Source of the DNA: a virus
Lineage: Duplodnaviria; Caudoviricetes
Virus record (IMG/VR): IMGVR_UViG_3300043077_000092
Length of the DNA: 64,000 nt
Reading direction: 5' to 3' (one strand)
Part shown: positions 19,538 through 29,495 of the stretch, piece by piece
Layout of the letters: each line of letters begins with the position of its first letter
How positions within the stretch are numbered: position 1 is the stretch's first letter
Program-made: the position numbers and the translations under genes
Notes under the pieces: model-generated
Databases searched by the model: none
What the model was told of the DNA's origin: nothing
The model's input: only the letters and a program-made list of their open reading frames with translations

Positions 19538-19584
19538 ATTAGGTCACCTCCTTTCATGATAACTGACCGTTTGTTGTTTCTAGG

Positions 19585-19767
19585 TTACAAGCGAAATACT
19601 CTATCACTGTTATTCAACCAATTTCGCACTTCATCGGCTGAATGAAATAACTCATCTTCAGATACGTTACAGGCTCTTGCAAGTCTGATGCTGTCTTCCA
19701 AGGATACATTCTTTGGGTCGATTGAGTTTAGTATAGTTTCTACTTTATCAAAATTAATATTTGACAT
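19585..19767 (-). CDS. Small protein resembling the C-terminal helices of an XRE-type HTH
   Basis: SLEDSIRLARACNVSEDELF; ATG 19767 after GGAGG; early-type TATATTA at 19815-19821. Confidence 0.5.
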   Translation of the reverse strand: MSNINFDKVETILNSIDPKNVSLEDSIRLARACNVSEDELFHSADEVRNWLNNSDRVFRL

Positions 19768-19890
19768 ATTCATTACCTCCATTAGAACGGTTTACTTGTT
19801 TCCATATAAGTATTTAATATAGTAATGAATATTTACACAATAAGAATTTCCCATATCGATACAAAAAAATAGAAGGTGGGACAAACTGAG

Positions 19891-19936
19891 ATAGATAGGT
19901 AAGAACTATAGTTACATCAAGTTCTTACCTATCTAT
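19891..19936. repeat. 17-bp perfect inverted repeat (terminator or other hairpin)
   Basis: ATAGATAGGTAAGAACT / AGTTCTTACCTATCTAT. Confidence 0.7.
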
Positions 19937-20074
19937 TATTTTACGGAATCCCATGAATCCAATTGACTTCATGATACTTACAAATTACAAGTATATCCGC
20001 CCAGTTCTTAACTAACTCCTAATATTCCCATTAAAATAACTTACATAAACTTCTTCCTTCTATATTAAAACATT

Positions 20075-20398
20075 TTAGATGTTAAATAAACCACTGAGAA
20101 TCCCCCCAATAGCATTAATTACGCTATCCCCATTTGCTATTGTTGTATTATTTTCCGTGTTTTTTACTACCCTATCATCATTGAGAACTTGCGACCGAGC
20201 ATCCACCGATACGTTATAAGTAAGCGATAAATTTACTGGTCCCTCCCCAAGTACAGTAATACATGATGTCGGAAAATTGATATGAGTTCGGATCTCATTT
20301 CCCTCACGACGAACTGATATAATCTCAGAGTTATCAACCTCTTTTAAATCTGAACTAGTTTGCGCCAATGTTGCACGCTCTGAAATATCATTGGGCAT
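20075..20398 (-). CDS. Hypothetical protein
   Basis: 107 aa with RBS GAGAGG. Confidence 0.7.
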   Translation of the reverse strand: MPNDISERATLAQTSSDLKEVDNSEIISVRREGNEIRTHINFPTSCITVLGEGPVNLSLTYNVSVDARSQVLNDDRVVKNTENNTTIANGDSVINAIGGILSGLFNI

Positions 20399-20615
20399 TG
20401 TTATTTTACCTCTCTTTCCCTTAAATGCTTTTTAAAAGACTGTAATCTTGCGGGGGAGAGATTATTAAATTTACAAATACCTCCTTAGTACACAAATTGC
20501 AATTTAGATTCCCTTTCTACATTGCAATCGTTTAATATCGTTCTGTTCTGTTCTTTGAATTATGTCGTTCTCCACAAAAATCTAAGTGTAGATGAAACAG
20601 AAAGGAGGTATTTGG

Positions 20616-21902
20616 ATGGCGACTTCAACAATTCAAATCGCTTATAAAGACAAAGACGGAAATGTCAAGTACCAGAATGTCTCTACAAACAGTGCGATTG
20701 TTACAAGGAATTACAATTCCACTGGAAGTAGTTCGACAGAGTATTCAATCCCTACAACGGATTCGAATAAGGTATATTCTTTTGAAAACTTATCCGTAAG
20801 TAAATACACTAAATCTACATCAAAACCTGTAACGAGTACAAGGAAAGCTGATACGATAATAACGAACGATAATAGCTACCCTACATACAAAGGGAAGAAC
20901 GCAAATACTGGTCGTAATATATACGATTATACAGTAACCATACAGAAAGACATCTTAGATAGTATCAAAGCAATTAAGAGAAATCTGAATGTTCCTTCTG
21001 CATATACACGCTTGGAATTAAACAAATTATTCCATACGCAATTCAATCGTTTTCGTATTCAGTATCCTGATTACTTTATGAATAATACAATTGGTTACGT
21101 TGTATTCACCAGACCTGATTTAAACTTATATAGCGGAGATCAGATTCTTTCACAGGTTGCAAACGACCCTCAGTTGTATTATATTATGAAGGCAAACCCC
21201 CAGACTGCAAAATCTCTTACAAAGGGTTTTTCTTCTGCTCATCATTTCAATCCATTATTGTCAAATACGATAATGTCATTGGATGTATCAGATGAGTCTA
21301 TCGATACACTGGAGACGGGTGAGACATTTACTGGATATAAAACCCAGTATGCAAAGAGTAACATTCGTTCTATGACAGCAGGTACGATAAGTTTGACGTT
21401 CCCTGAGACATATAATGCCGCCATTACTCACTTACACCAGCTTTGGTGTGCCTATGAGAGTGGGGTGTACAGAGGTTCGCTTAAACCAAAGGACGATTAT
21501 ATTTGGGGGAAAGAATTAGACTATGCTTGTGATATCTACTATTTCTTACTCGATGCAGAAGACATGATTATCAGGTATTGGTGTAAATATACTGGGTGTT
21601 TCCCTCTTAATGTAAATAAGAGTGTATTCTCATTCAATGGAGATACTCAGCTCAATCATCCAAGTTTGAATGTATCTTATGCATATTTTGCAAGAGAGGA
21701 TATGAGCTTGGTGAACTTAAACGAGTTCAATAATAATAGTGGAGGTAGTTCTTCTAATTTCCGCTATAAGGCAAACTATATTCCTGATATTGGAAGTGGT
21801 GGTAATACTTGGAGCGGAACTCCATATGTTGCATCTATAACCAAGGGTACAGGATTTAGCAGGGATGCGGAGCTTTATGCATTACGGTTCCGTCCATCTT
21901 AA
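20616..21902 (+). CDS. Tail-tube-fold protein (gp19/gp54-like tube or tube initiator)
   Basis: GTISLTFPET..LHQLW..Y.CDIYYFLLD..YTGCFPLNV..LNVSYAY is a tube-fold signature; ATG 20616 after AAAGGAGG; late promoter at 20573-20584. Confidence 0.6.
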   Translation: MATSTIQIAYKDKDGNVKYQNVSTNSAIVTRNYNSTGSSSTEYSIPTTDSNKVYSFENLSVSKYTKSTSKPVTSTRKADTIITNDNSYPTYKGKNANTGRNIYDYTVTIQKDILDSIKAIKRNLNVPSAYTRLELNKLFHTQFNRFRIQYPDYFMNNTIGYVVFTRPDLNLYSGDQILSQVANDPQLYYIMKANPQTAKSLTKGFSSAHHFNPLLSNTIMSLDVSDESIDTLETGETFTGYKTQYAKSNIRSMTAGTISLTFPETYNAAITHLHQLWCAYESGVYRGSLKPKDDYIWGKELDYACDIYYFLLDAEDMIIRYWCKYTGCFPLNVNKSVFSFNGDTQLNHPSLNVSYAYFAREDMSLVNLNEFNNNSGGSSSNFRYKANYIPDIGSGGNTWSGTPYVASITKGTGFSRDAELYALRFRPS

Positions 21903-21938
21903 TTTCTACTTATTATAAAAGAAAGGAAGTGAATAGAT

Positions 21939-24587
21939 ATGAGTACGACAGATTACAGTTCGGTATATACGATCAAAGATTTCTATCAGAAAGAAATTCT
22001 TCCTTTATATTTTGATACTGACCAATTAGCATTAGCTTCTGTAGGTACGCTTGGAATGTTCTTAGACATTACTGGTTCAACGACAGAAGACATGATTAAT
22101 ATCATGGGAAGGTATATTAACGAGAGTATGCCCGGACAAGCAGAACTCCCTGATTTCATTTATGGAGAGGCTGCGAACTATGGAGTTACAGATATACTTG
22201 CGGCTCCAGCAAAAATGTCAATGCTCTTACTCGTTAAAGAAGATAACGTCATAGAGTATTCAACTGCGGTTGAAGACCATACAGAGTTTACCCTTGATGC
22301 GGATATGTCTATCTTGGTAGATGACTTAAGGTATAGTATTCCTTATAACATCAAAATCCGTTCTACCTTATATAACGGAGAGTATAATCACATGGCATTT
22401 TATGACATGGATCATGTTAATGAAATTGCCTCTGAAGATGTACCGTTTATCAAGACAATGAAGACATTAATCAATGGTGATGTTTGGCTTGTAATGCGTG
22501 TCAACGTCTACCAGTACCAAAGAAAAACTTTATATGAACCTATCAATACAAATAGCATTCTCAATATTCCTTATATTGATTTGAACTTTGATAATCAATT
22601 ATGCAATTTTGAGGTGTTTTATTCGGAGGCTGGAAGTTCCGTAGAGACACAATTGACAAAGAAAATGGATACAACGGCTCCAATTACATCTCCATTCTGT
22701 TATTATAAGATGACAGGAGATGATTCATTCCGTTTATCATTTGCAAATGATGATAGATATTGGGTTCCTGCTTATAACTCTACGTTAAAGATTTATGTCT
22801 ATATGACTAATGGTGCGGCTGGAAACTTCGGGTTCTTTAAAGACGGTATCGATGTCTCTATTAGAGCTGCAACAGATGACGAGAGTATTGCATACAACAG
22901 AAATATTTTCCCTATGGGATTAACCCAAGGTAGTTCTTCTGGTGGAAGAGATCAACTTACCTTGGATAACATTAAACGGCTTACAGCAGAGGCTCAGGTT
23001 ACGGTTAAATCCTATACAACGGATAATGACCTTACAACCTATTTTACAAACTTTGCCTCTATATACGAGCATAGTGCTGTATTTGTAAAACAGAGAGATG
23101 ATTACGCTGGAAGAGAATACGGTTGCTTCACTAGAATCGGTGATGGGATAGATATCTTCCCTACGAATACTCTCAATGTTAGATTAGCAGTAGCTGATGT
23201 TGATGAGCACTTTGAATCTCTTCGTCAATATATTGTAAAACCGGGTACAGTATTTCGATATGAGGATGATGAAACTGCATCTATTGTCGTAAAGAAACAT
23301 GCTGATGATCCTGATGAGGATATCGAGTATGCATTATCGGCATTAATGGTTATTACAACCAAACCGAATAAGGTTAATTACTACATGAATACAGTGAATA
23401 AGAATGTGGAAATGGATTATACCTATTTCAATCTGAATTCACCGTTTAACTTTGTTATAAATAATCTCAATATTTGCCGTGATGCAATTCATGGTGAAGA
23501 TGGGTATACGATTACACTGAAACTTGCAAGAGTTGATGGTGTATTCAACGACATTCAATCTCAGAATTTCCAGTTACAGTCTTCCAATGGAGATATTGAT
23601 ACTTCTAAAATGGAAGTGTTGATTGTCTTTAATACGGTTATTGGAAATTACGTTCGTATGACATATGACCATGCAGATAACGTATCGGATGATTATATCT
23701 ATACGTTCATTGCAAGAATTGGTACATCTGATATGATAGACAACGAGAGAATACTTCTCACTGGTTTATCAAAGCGTGAAGATGATGGTACTGATGAGAG
23801 ACTAATCGATATGATGAGTCCTGATTTACACTTTGCTATTTTCTACGTTTATGACGATCAGGATGGTGGAGACCATAATTATACAGATATTGACATCGTA
23901 AAGGATTCTACTCTCTGCAATATTTATACACCGCAGGAAAATGAATTCTACTTCGCATATCCATTAAATCTGGTAAGGTCTCATGTCGTATTTGAAGATA
24001 AGCCAGAGACCTCTGCGGGATTTGGGTTCTTCATTAAGCAGGTTCCATTATTTGGTGCTAAGTTCTTGATGTCAGATGATTGTGACATTGACCAGATTCT
24101 TACAGATATTTCATCAGAGCATGACTTTCTTACAAAAGTTACAAATTCTTTGCATGGAATGTTTACTATCAACATGAAGTTCTATTGCACATATGGTCGT
24201 AGTAGAAGTTTCTACATTGGATATGGTCAGGGAGAAGAGATTATCAACCGTGTCAATTGCGATATTGCAATTGGTATTAAGTTCTATAGTGGTATTATAC
24301 AGGAAGACTACTTGGAACAGGTTCGTATCTTTATCAAAGATTTCTTTGAGAAGATTAACAAACTTTCTACTGGAACGAATCAGGCATTTATATCTATCTT
24401 AGACTATAAGCTTCATAATACCTTTACAGATCAGATTGAATATGCTATATTCTATTCAATCAATGGGTATGATTCGAAGTATCAGGTTATTCGGATGATT
24501 AATGAGATGGATGACAGTCCTCAACCTGATTTTGTACCGGAGTATTTGACACTTAAGGCAAGCGACGTTACAATAACCACGCTTTAA
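21939..24587 (+). CDS. Baseplate wedge protein (T4 gp6-like)
   Basis: YMTNGAAGNF..SSGGRDQLTLDNIKRL..TTDNDL resembles gp6/baseplate-J (T.G..GN..GG.D.es.e.Ik..vT..Dy); 882 aa. Confidence 0.65.
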   Translation: MSTTDYSSVYTIKDFYQKEILPLYFDTDQLALASVGTLGMFLDITGSTTEDMINIMGRYINESMPGQAELPDFIYGEAANYGVTDILAAPAKMSMLLLVKEDNVIEYSTAVEDHTEFTLDADMSILVDDLRYSIPYNIKIRSTLYNGEYNHMAFYDMDHVNEIASEDVPFIKTMKTLINGDVWLVMRVNVYQYQRKTLYEPINTNSILNIPYIDLNFDNQLCNFEVFYSEAGSSVETQLTKKMDTTAPITSPFCYYKMTGDDSFRLSFANDDRYWVPAYNSTLKIYVYMTNGAAGNFGFFKDGIDVSIRAATDDESIAYNRNIFPMGLTQGSSSGGRDQLTLDNIKRLTAEAQVTVKSYTTDNDLTTYFTNFASIYEHSAVFVKQRDDYAGREYGCFTRIGDGIDIFPTNTLNVRLAVADVDEHFESLRQYIVKPGTVFRYEDDETASIVVKKHADDPDEDIEYALSALMVITTKPNKVNYYMNTVNKNVEMDYTYFNLNSPFNFVINNLNICRDAIHGEDGYTITLKLARVDGVFNDIQSQNFQLQSSNGDIDTSKMEVLIVFNTVIGNYVRMTYDHADNVSDDYIYTFIARIGTSDMIDNERILLTGLSKREDDGTDERLIDMMSPDLHFAIFYVYDDQDGGDHNYTDIDIVKDSTLCNIYTPQENEFYFAYPLNLVRSHVVFEDKPETSAGFGFFIKQVPLFGAKFLMSDDCDIDQILTDISSEHDFLTKVTNSLHGMFTINMKFYCTYGRSRSFYIGYGQGEEIINRVNCDIAIGIKFYSGIIQEDYLEQVRIFIKDFFEKINKLSTGTNQAFISILDYKLHNTFTDQIEYAIFYSINGYDSKYQVIRMINEMDDSPQPDFVPEYLTLKASDVTITTL

Positions 24588-24634
24588 ACCATTCAAAAAC
24601 AAGCATATAATTCAAAGAAAGGAGAAACAAGGCA

Positions 24635-26938
24635 ATGGCAAAGGAAAGTGTTTTTAGCACACCAAGACCACAGACTCAAACAGCATCTCAGATGCTTGAG
24701 AGTAAAATCAATATGCGTAATGCGCAGAGACGAAATGTAGTTGCATTGACCGAGGCGAATAGATTAGGAAACTCAACACCGGATTTTACAGCGGCATTAG
24801 AGGCTGCTAATCAGGCTACGGAACAGCAGTTACAACTCACATCAACTATGGAATCTGCGGCATACGCTCAGGGTGGTAAGAATATTGCAAAGTACCAACT
24901 TGGTATGAGACAGCGTCTCGTTCAGGAAGGTACTGAGTATCTTAGACAGAAGGTTCTTTATGAGATGATTTACGAGGCTTATTGGTTAGATGATGAGTTG
25001 AAAGACTCTACTTCAGACCAGATCGAAGAATCAATCTCTGATGTACTTGGATACATTGACGATAACTGCGAAGACTCTAAGGTTGAGGAGAGTAAGTGGA
25101 CTCCGTTCCTACAGAGCATGAAGTCTGTAATCGAGGCAACTGTAAACAAAGCAGTTACAAGAATCTGCGAAGAGGCAGACGAGACAGGCGATATCTATAA
25201 TGAGTTTGATTTAACGGATGCTGAGGAAGATGAACTTGACAATAAGTTGATTGACCTTGGTAAAGACGAAATCATTGACCTCATTAAGTCAAAAGTTGCT
25301 GATGTTGTTCAGGATGAGAAAGAAAAGGGTCAGGAACGTGCAGATATGTTCAAGGAGATCGACCAGATGTCTCAGATTGATAGCATCGAAGACCAACCTA
25401 CTGAAACAGAAGAGTCACTGGCTGAAAAATTAGCCAACGGTGAAATCACATTGGAGGGTGCTAACGTAGAGTCTCTGAAAATATATTTCAGTAAACTTAG
25501 GACAGACGGCTCCAAGACTTTAAAAGAAGCCAACAAACTGTATTCTTCCGGGCAGTATAAATTGGCGGCTGAAAGGTATAAAAAGGCAAGAGACATGTTC
25601 GCAGACCTTAACAAGAGATTGGTGGACATCGACGATTCCTTGGTATCATCAGTTGTTTCATGGTCTTACATCGCTACGATGATAAACGGGTTCATTAGTT
25701 TAATCGATACTATCAACGCTAGAGGATTTGCCTCAAACGGTGATGTTACTAAAGCCCACGATGAGTCAAGTACATGGAATAGCGTAAAACTGATGTGCTT
25801 GGCTAACGTAAAGAAGGTAATACGTTTCTGCGATACCAGAATCAACGCATCAGAGCGTTTAGCTGACGAAGAAAATGGTAAGAAGAGAGAATATAAGTAC
25901 TCTCTGGACTCAACCATCTATACAGCAAACGAACGTCGCATGGCTTCATTGCTTGAGTCTGATGCTGAGGTAAGACTCTTTGACGACCCAACTTGGGGAG
26001 AATTTAAGTCTACCGTATCCTTACTCTGCAAGAACATTAAGTCCGTATTGGAAGGACCCGAGACTCTCGGAAGAAATGTTGCTACAGACGAACCACCTGT
26101 AACAAAGTGGGAAACTGCTAAGCATTTCATCGAGGAATTGGAGAACGTCTTATCTGGTGTTCCTGAGACAATTCCGGGTGAAGTAAAAGAATTCGTTATG
26201 GGTATGGTAAATCTTATCTACATGGCAGTTCCTGCTGATGAAGTTATTATCAGCAGATTTGGAAACCCGATGGGTTCTCCTGATGTAAAATCAAGTAACC
26301 CTGCAATTGATATGATGACGGTAAGCTGGACAGATCTGTTCGTAAACATCAAGACTAATTTAAACTCTGTTAAAGGGTATCTTGATGATAAGATGAATCC
26401 GGCTGTAATTGATGACACTGATCTGAACAATTCGGATTGTCCTGTATCTGGAAGAAGTGCTCTTTCTCAGATGATTGCAAGAAACCAGTCACAGATTCTT
26501 GCAAGAAACATCGGTGGTTCATTGTTCGAGGCTATGATGATTGGTTCGATTCAGTCTTGTAGTAAAGCTGCAATGGAATCGGGAGTTGGTATCACAGATG
26601 ACGATGTGAATGATGCTGCACTTATTGAGACTCTTCTCAATTATACAGTATTTGAAACATTGGACACAATGGGTCTGTATAAGTTCAGACTCAACGATAT
26701 CAACAATGCAAAGCGTAAGTTCATGAATCCTGTTACAGAGGGAGATGTTGTTGCATCTAGTAAGGGTTCTGATATGACCAACAACAACGCAGTATCTTCC
26801 GGAAGTTCAATGACCTCTGGGAAAGATTCAAAGGGGTTAAAGAAAGTCCGTATCAATGTAAGCAAGATGAAACAAAAGAGAGACGTTATGAAGTCTAATA
26901 CACCGATTAACGCAGAGCGTTCTGTTATCAACAGTTAA
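24635..26938 (+). CDS. Putative virion head protein with many E|S/A/G processing motifs
   Basis: MLES, LTEA, ALEA, TMES, VQEG, TLEG, LLES, LFEA, AMES, VTEG; late promoter AACA-N6-TA at 24598-24609. Confidence 0.55.
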   Translation: MAKESVFSTPRPQTQTASQMLESKINMRNAQRRNVVALTEANRLGNSTPDFTAALEAANQATEQQLQLTSTMESAAYAQGGKNIAKYQLGMRQRLVQEGTEYLRQKVLYEMIYEAYWLDDELKDSTSDQIEESISDVLGYIDDNCEDSKVEESKWTPFLQSMKSVIEATVNKAVTRICEEADETGDIYNEFDLTDAEEDELDNKLIDLGKDEIIDLIKSKVADVVQDEKEKGQERADMFKEIDQMSQIDSIEDQPTETEESLAEKLANGEITLEGANVESLKIYFSKLRTDGSKTLKEANKLYSSGQYKLAAERYKKARDMFADLNKRLVDIDDSLVSSVVSWSYIATMINGFISLIDTINARGFASNGDVTKAHDESSTWNSVKLMCLANVKKVIRFCDTRINASERLADEENGKKREYKYSLDSTIYTANERRMASLLESDAEVRLFDDPTWGEFKSTVSLLCKNIKSVLEGPETLGRNVATDEPPVTKWETAKHFIEELENVLSGVPETIPGEVKEFVMGMVNLIYMAVPADEVIISRFGNPMGSPDVKSSNPAIDMMTVSWTDLFVNIKTNLNSVKGYLDDKMNPAVIDDTDLNNSDCPVSGRSALSQMIARNQSQILARNIGGSLFEAMMIGSIQSCSKAAMESGVGITDDDVNDAALIETLLNYTVFETLDTMGLYKFRLNDINNAKRKFMNPVTEGDVVASSKGSDMTNNNAVSSGSSMTSGKDSKGLKKVRINVSKMKQKRDVMKSNTPINAERSVINS

Positions 26939-26950
26939 AAAAATACAAAA

Positions 26951-26984
26951 AAGAAGCATCTGGGATTCGTTCCAGATGCTTCTT
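26951..26984. terminator. Bidirectional terminator
   Basis: AAGAAGCATCTGG / CCAGATGCTTCTT between convergent genes. Confidence 0.8.
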
Positions 26985-27003
26985 CTCATTATGCTTTCTT
27001 TAT

Positions 27004-27390
27004 CTACTTAATGTGGTTGCTGACAATGTAACTAACATTGGACTTGGCAATCTCGACACCGTTGTCACTGTTAATCACACATGCGGCGTACGGTATGATG
27101 CTCTTCAGTGCCGATATCATTATCTCCGATGTTATACCTGCTGAATTTGGTCGTGGTAATTCACAGAGATAAACCTTAATCTCAAGAGTACCGGTTCCGT
27201 CACTATTATAGGCACCATTGTATGACAATATTATATGTGGCGATATCACTCCGGGCTTGAAAGCCTTCATATCCCCATATAACTCTGTGACGATTCGTTT
27301 GCTCTCGTCAACGATAGAGCTGAACATATCAAGTGTAACTCCATCGAATTTAGCGTTTGCAAGGTTCTTTGCTTGTTCCTCTTTTAACAT
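27004..27390 (-). CDS. Hypothetical protein, paralog of 27482-27925
   Basis: Shares AKF.GVT..M...I....KRI..EL.G, GTL.I.V and LK.IIPYAACVI..D.G; early-type ATATATTA at 27446-27453. Confidence 0.75.
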   Translation of the reverse strand: MLKEEQAKNLANAKFDGVTLDMFSSIVDESKRIVTELYGDMKAFKPGVISPHIILSYNGAYNSDGTGTLEIKVYLCELPRPNSAGITSEIMISALKSIIPYAACVINSDNGVEIAKSNVSYIVSNHIK

Positions 27391-27481
27391 ATTTATTCCC
27401 TCCATAAATTGAAATTAATTTTATTGGTTTCGTTATATACAGATTTAATATATCAATAAATATGTCTCAAAATGGATTTTA

Positions 27482-27925
27482 CTATTCCGAGCATTTCTCA
27501 TTGTCGCCACAATTATTTTTATTAGCATTGATTTTCACCATGGCATTAATATAATCGGTGACTTCAATACCATCATCACAGCTAATCACACATGCTGCAT
27601 ACGGTATAATACATTTTAATATTGAAACCGCTTGGTTTTCCGTCATCCCTTGCGGCACCTCCGCTATATAAGTATTGACATCAATTTTGAGAGTACCTTT
27701 ATCACTACCAAATGAACCTTGCCTGTACCAAAAAGCTATATTAGATTGGATCAATTGTCCAATTGGTTCGCGTGGATCAACACTAAAATCTTGTAAATCT
27801 GGAGTAATTCCAAACAATTCTTCATAGATACGTTTACCTGCATTTATAATTTTATCTAACATATTAGATGTAACTCCATAAAACTTTGCACTTGTGATAT
27901 TTGCATCATATCCTGTTTCAAACAT
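27482..27925 (-). CDS. Hypothetical protein, paralog of 27004-27390
   Basis: Same shared blocks; RBS AAGGAGGG. Confidence 0.75.
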   Translation of the reverse strand: MFETGYDANITSAKFYGVTSNMLDKIINAGKRIYEELFGITPDLQDFSVDPREPIGQLIQSNIAFWYRQGSFGSDKGTLKIDVNTYIAEVPQGMTENQAVSILKCIIPYAACVISCDDGIEVTDYINAMVKINANKNNCGDNEKCSE

Positions 27926-27971
27926 TCTTAATTCCCTCCTTAATTATTTTCATAGTAATAAAATACAAAGA

Positions 27972-28013
27972 AGTCTCATAGACCAAATATCTCACTAAAT
28001 GGTCTATGAGACT
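27972..28013 (-). terminator. Stem-loop terminator
   Basis: AGTCTCATAGACCA / TGGTCTATGAGACT. Confidence 0.65.
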
Positions 28014-28021
28014 CCTCTAAT

Positions 28022-28273
28022 TTACATAAATACGAGCATATCTGCTCTACATGTAACGGATACATCAAACTTGTCCCGTACAACCTGAGCAATCTTCTCA
28101 TTCATATAATCGTCACGACTTTTCTTAACGATAACCGACTGTGGTGTATGGATAATACAACTGATGTCAAGATTCAGTGGTTCTGATCTTAATGTATCGG
28201 TGATATCTCCCACAGAAAACGGCAGTTTCTCTGATTTCTCTGTAACGTCGTATACAGAATGTAAGTTATTCAT
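28022..28273 (-). CDS. Hypothetical protein
   Basis: 83 aa, RBS GGAGG. Confidence 0.7.
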   Translation of the reverse strand: MNNLHSVYDVTEKSEKLPFSVGDITDTLRSEPLNLDISCIIHTPQSVIVKKSRDDYMNEKIAQVVRDKFDVSVTCRADMLVFM

Positions 28274-28290
28274 ACTGATTATTCCTCCAA

Positions 28291-28968
28291 TTAAATAATA
28301 TAACCCAAATCCTTTAGGGTCTTCTCATTTTCCTGAAACGATTTTCTTTTTTCTACTGAGCGTTTATTATATTTGCAATCATATTGCCTCATGAATCTAA
28401 CTGTAACCTCTATACGAGGTAAAACTGAATAAAACTTTTGAACACAACCCCGAAATACTAAGCTATCATTACTCACCAATACTTCCTGAACCATATCACT
28501 ATAAGTCTTACCCAAATTATCCCAATCTGGAGCGTTGATATTGTGTACAACCCCTAATTCGGCTGCCACCTTTTCTTCAATAGACATTCCAGCAGGAGTT
28601 TGGATATAAACTTGTGTATCCATAGAACATGGTGTTGATATTACGCATTCCATTTCAGAATGTTGTTCTACAAAGTTTCTGAATATATCCTGATTCATCT
28701 TTGCACCGCTAACGTAGAAGTGATACGTATTCGGAGCAACCCTTGGTCTTGGTGTAGGTTTTGGTGTCATATAAAAAATGTACTTTACTTCATTCCAATC
28801 AGCATTCGCTAATTGGTCAAGTTTTTCTAGCAAGTCTGCTAAGTGTTTTTGTTGGAAACCAACGTCTTGGTAAAGCCATGCCAAGCGTTCCATATAATCC
28901 TTTGGGATATTACCATACTGCTCATGATAATCAAACGCTTCCTGCATGGCACTCTTTTTCTTTGCCAC
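28291..28968 (-). CDS. rusA: RusA-like Holliday junction resolvase
   Basis: PKPTPRPR, PDWDNLGKTYSD, VSNDSLV and PRIEVTV are RusA catalytic-region motifs. Confidence 0.8.
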   Translation of the reverse strand: MAKKKSAMQEAFDYHEQYGNIPKDYMERLAWLYQDVGFQQKHLADLLEKLDQLANADWNEVKYIFYMTPKPTPRPRVAPNTYHFYVSGAKMNQDIFRNFVEQHSEMECVISTPCSMDTQVYIQTPAGMSIEEKVAAELGVVHNINAPDWDNLGKTYSDMVQEVLVSNDSLVFRGCVQKFYSVLPRIEVTVRFMRQYDCKYNKRSVEKRKSFQENEKTLKDLGYII

Positions 28969-28985
28969 TACAATTGCCTCCTTAA

Positions 28986-29495
28986 TTATCGTCTACGGTC
29001 ACCAACGATATTATCATATACCCACCCTATAACTTCAGGACGTCTCTCCTTTAAGAGTTTTAGTTGTTCTAAGACTGTATCGCACTTATCGATGACATGA
29101 TCCCAGTTAATGTAAATTTCCGTATACCACATCTTATCGTCGGTACTAACTTCCTGTAGACTTTCTTTCGTGTAATCAAACAAATCTCTGTCAAATGTGC
29201 ACTCTATAATGTATGTGAACCCAGATATCATAGTTTCAACATCATGACAATGCTGTCCCCTTACGCCATCTGTAACAAAGATTGTATTCCAATGAGCCTG
29301 TTTAAATAAGGTTCTTGTATTTTTAGTTGGTAGTACATCCAAGTCCTGTGAACATGAGAGATGGTTCACTGCATTTTTCAGTCGTTGATGACAGTCCTGA
29401 TACTCGGGTGAATTAATTACACTGAGTAGATGCTCAATCTTTCTACGATCTTCTCTATCTTTTTCTATTTCTTCGTTTGTCATATTTCCCTCCAA
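28986..29495 (-). CDS. Hypothetical protein
   Basis: ORF in operon; true start probably MTNEE (~29483). Confidence 0.7.
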   Translation of the reverse strand: MEGNMTNEEIEKDREDRRKIEHLLSVINSPEYQDCHQRLKNAVNHLSCSQDLDVLPTKNTRTLFKQAHWNTIFVTDGVRGQHCHDVETMISGFTYIIECTFDRDLFDYTKESLQEVSTDDKMWYTEIYINWDHVIDKCDTVLEQLKLLKERRPEVIGWVYDNIVGDRRR

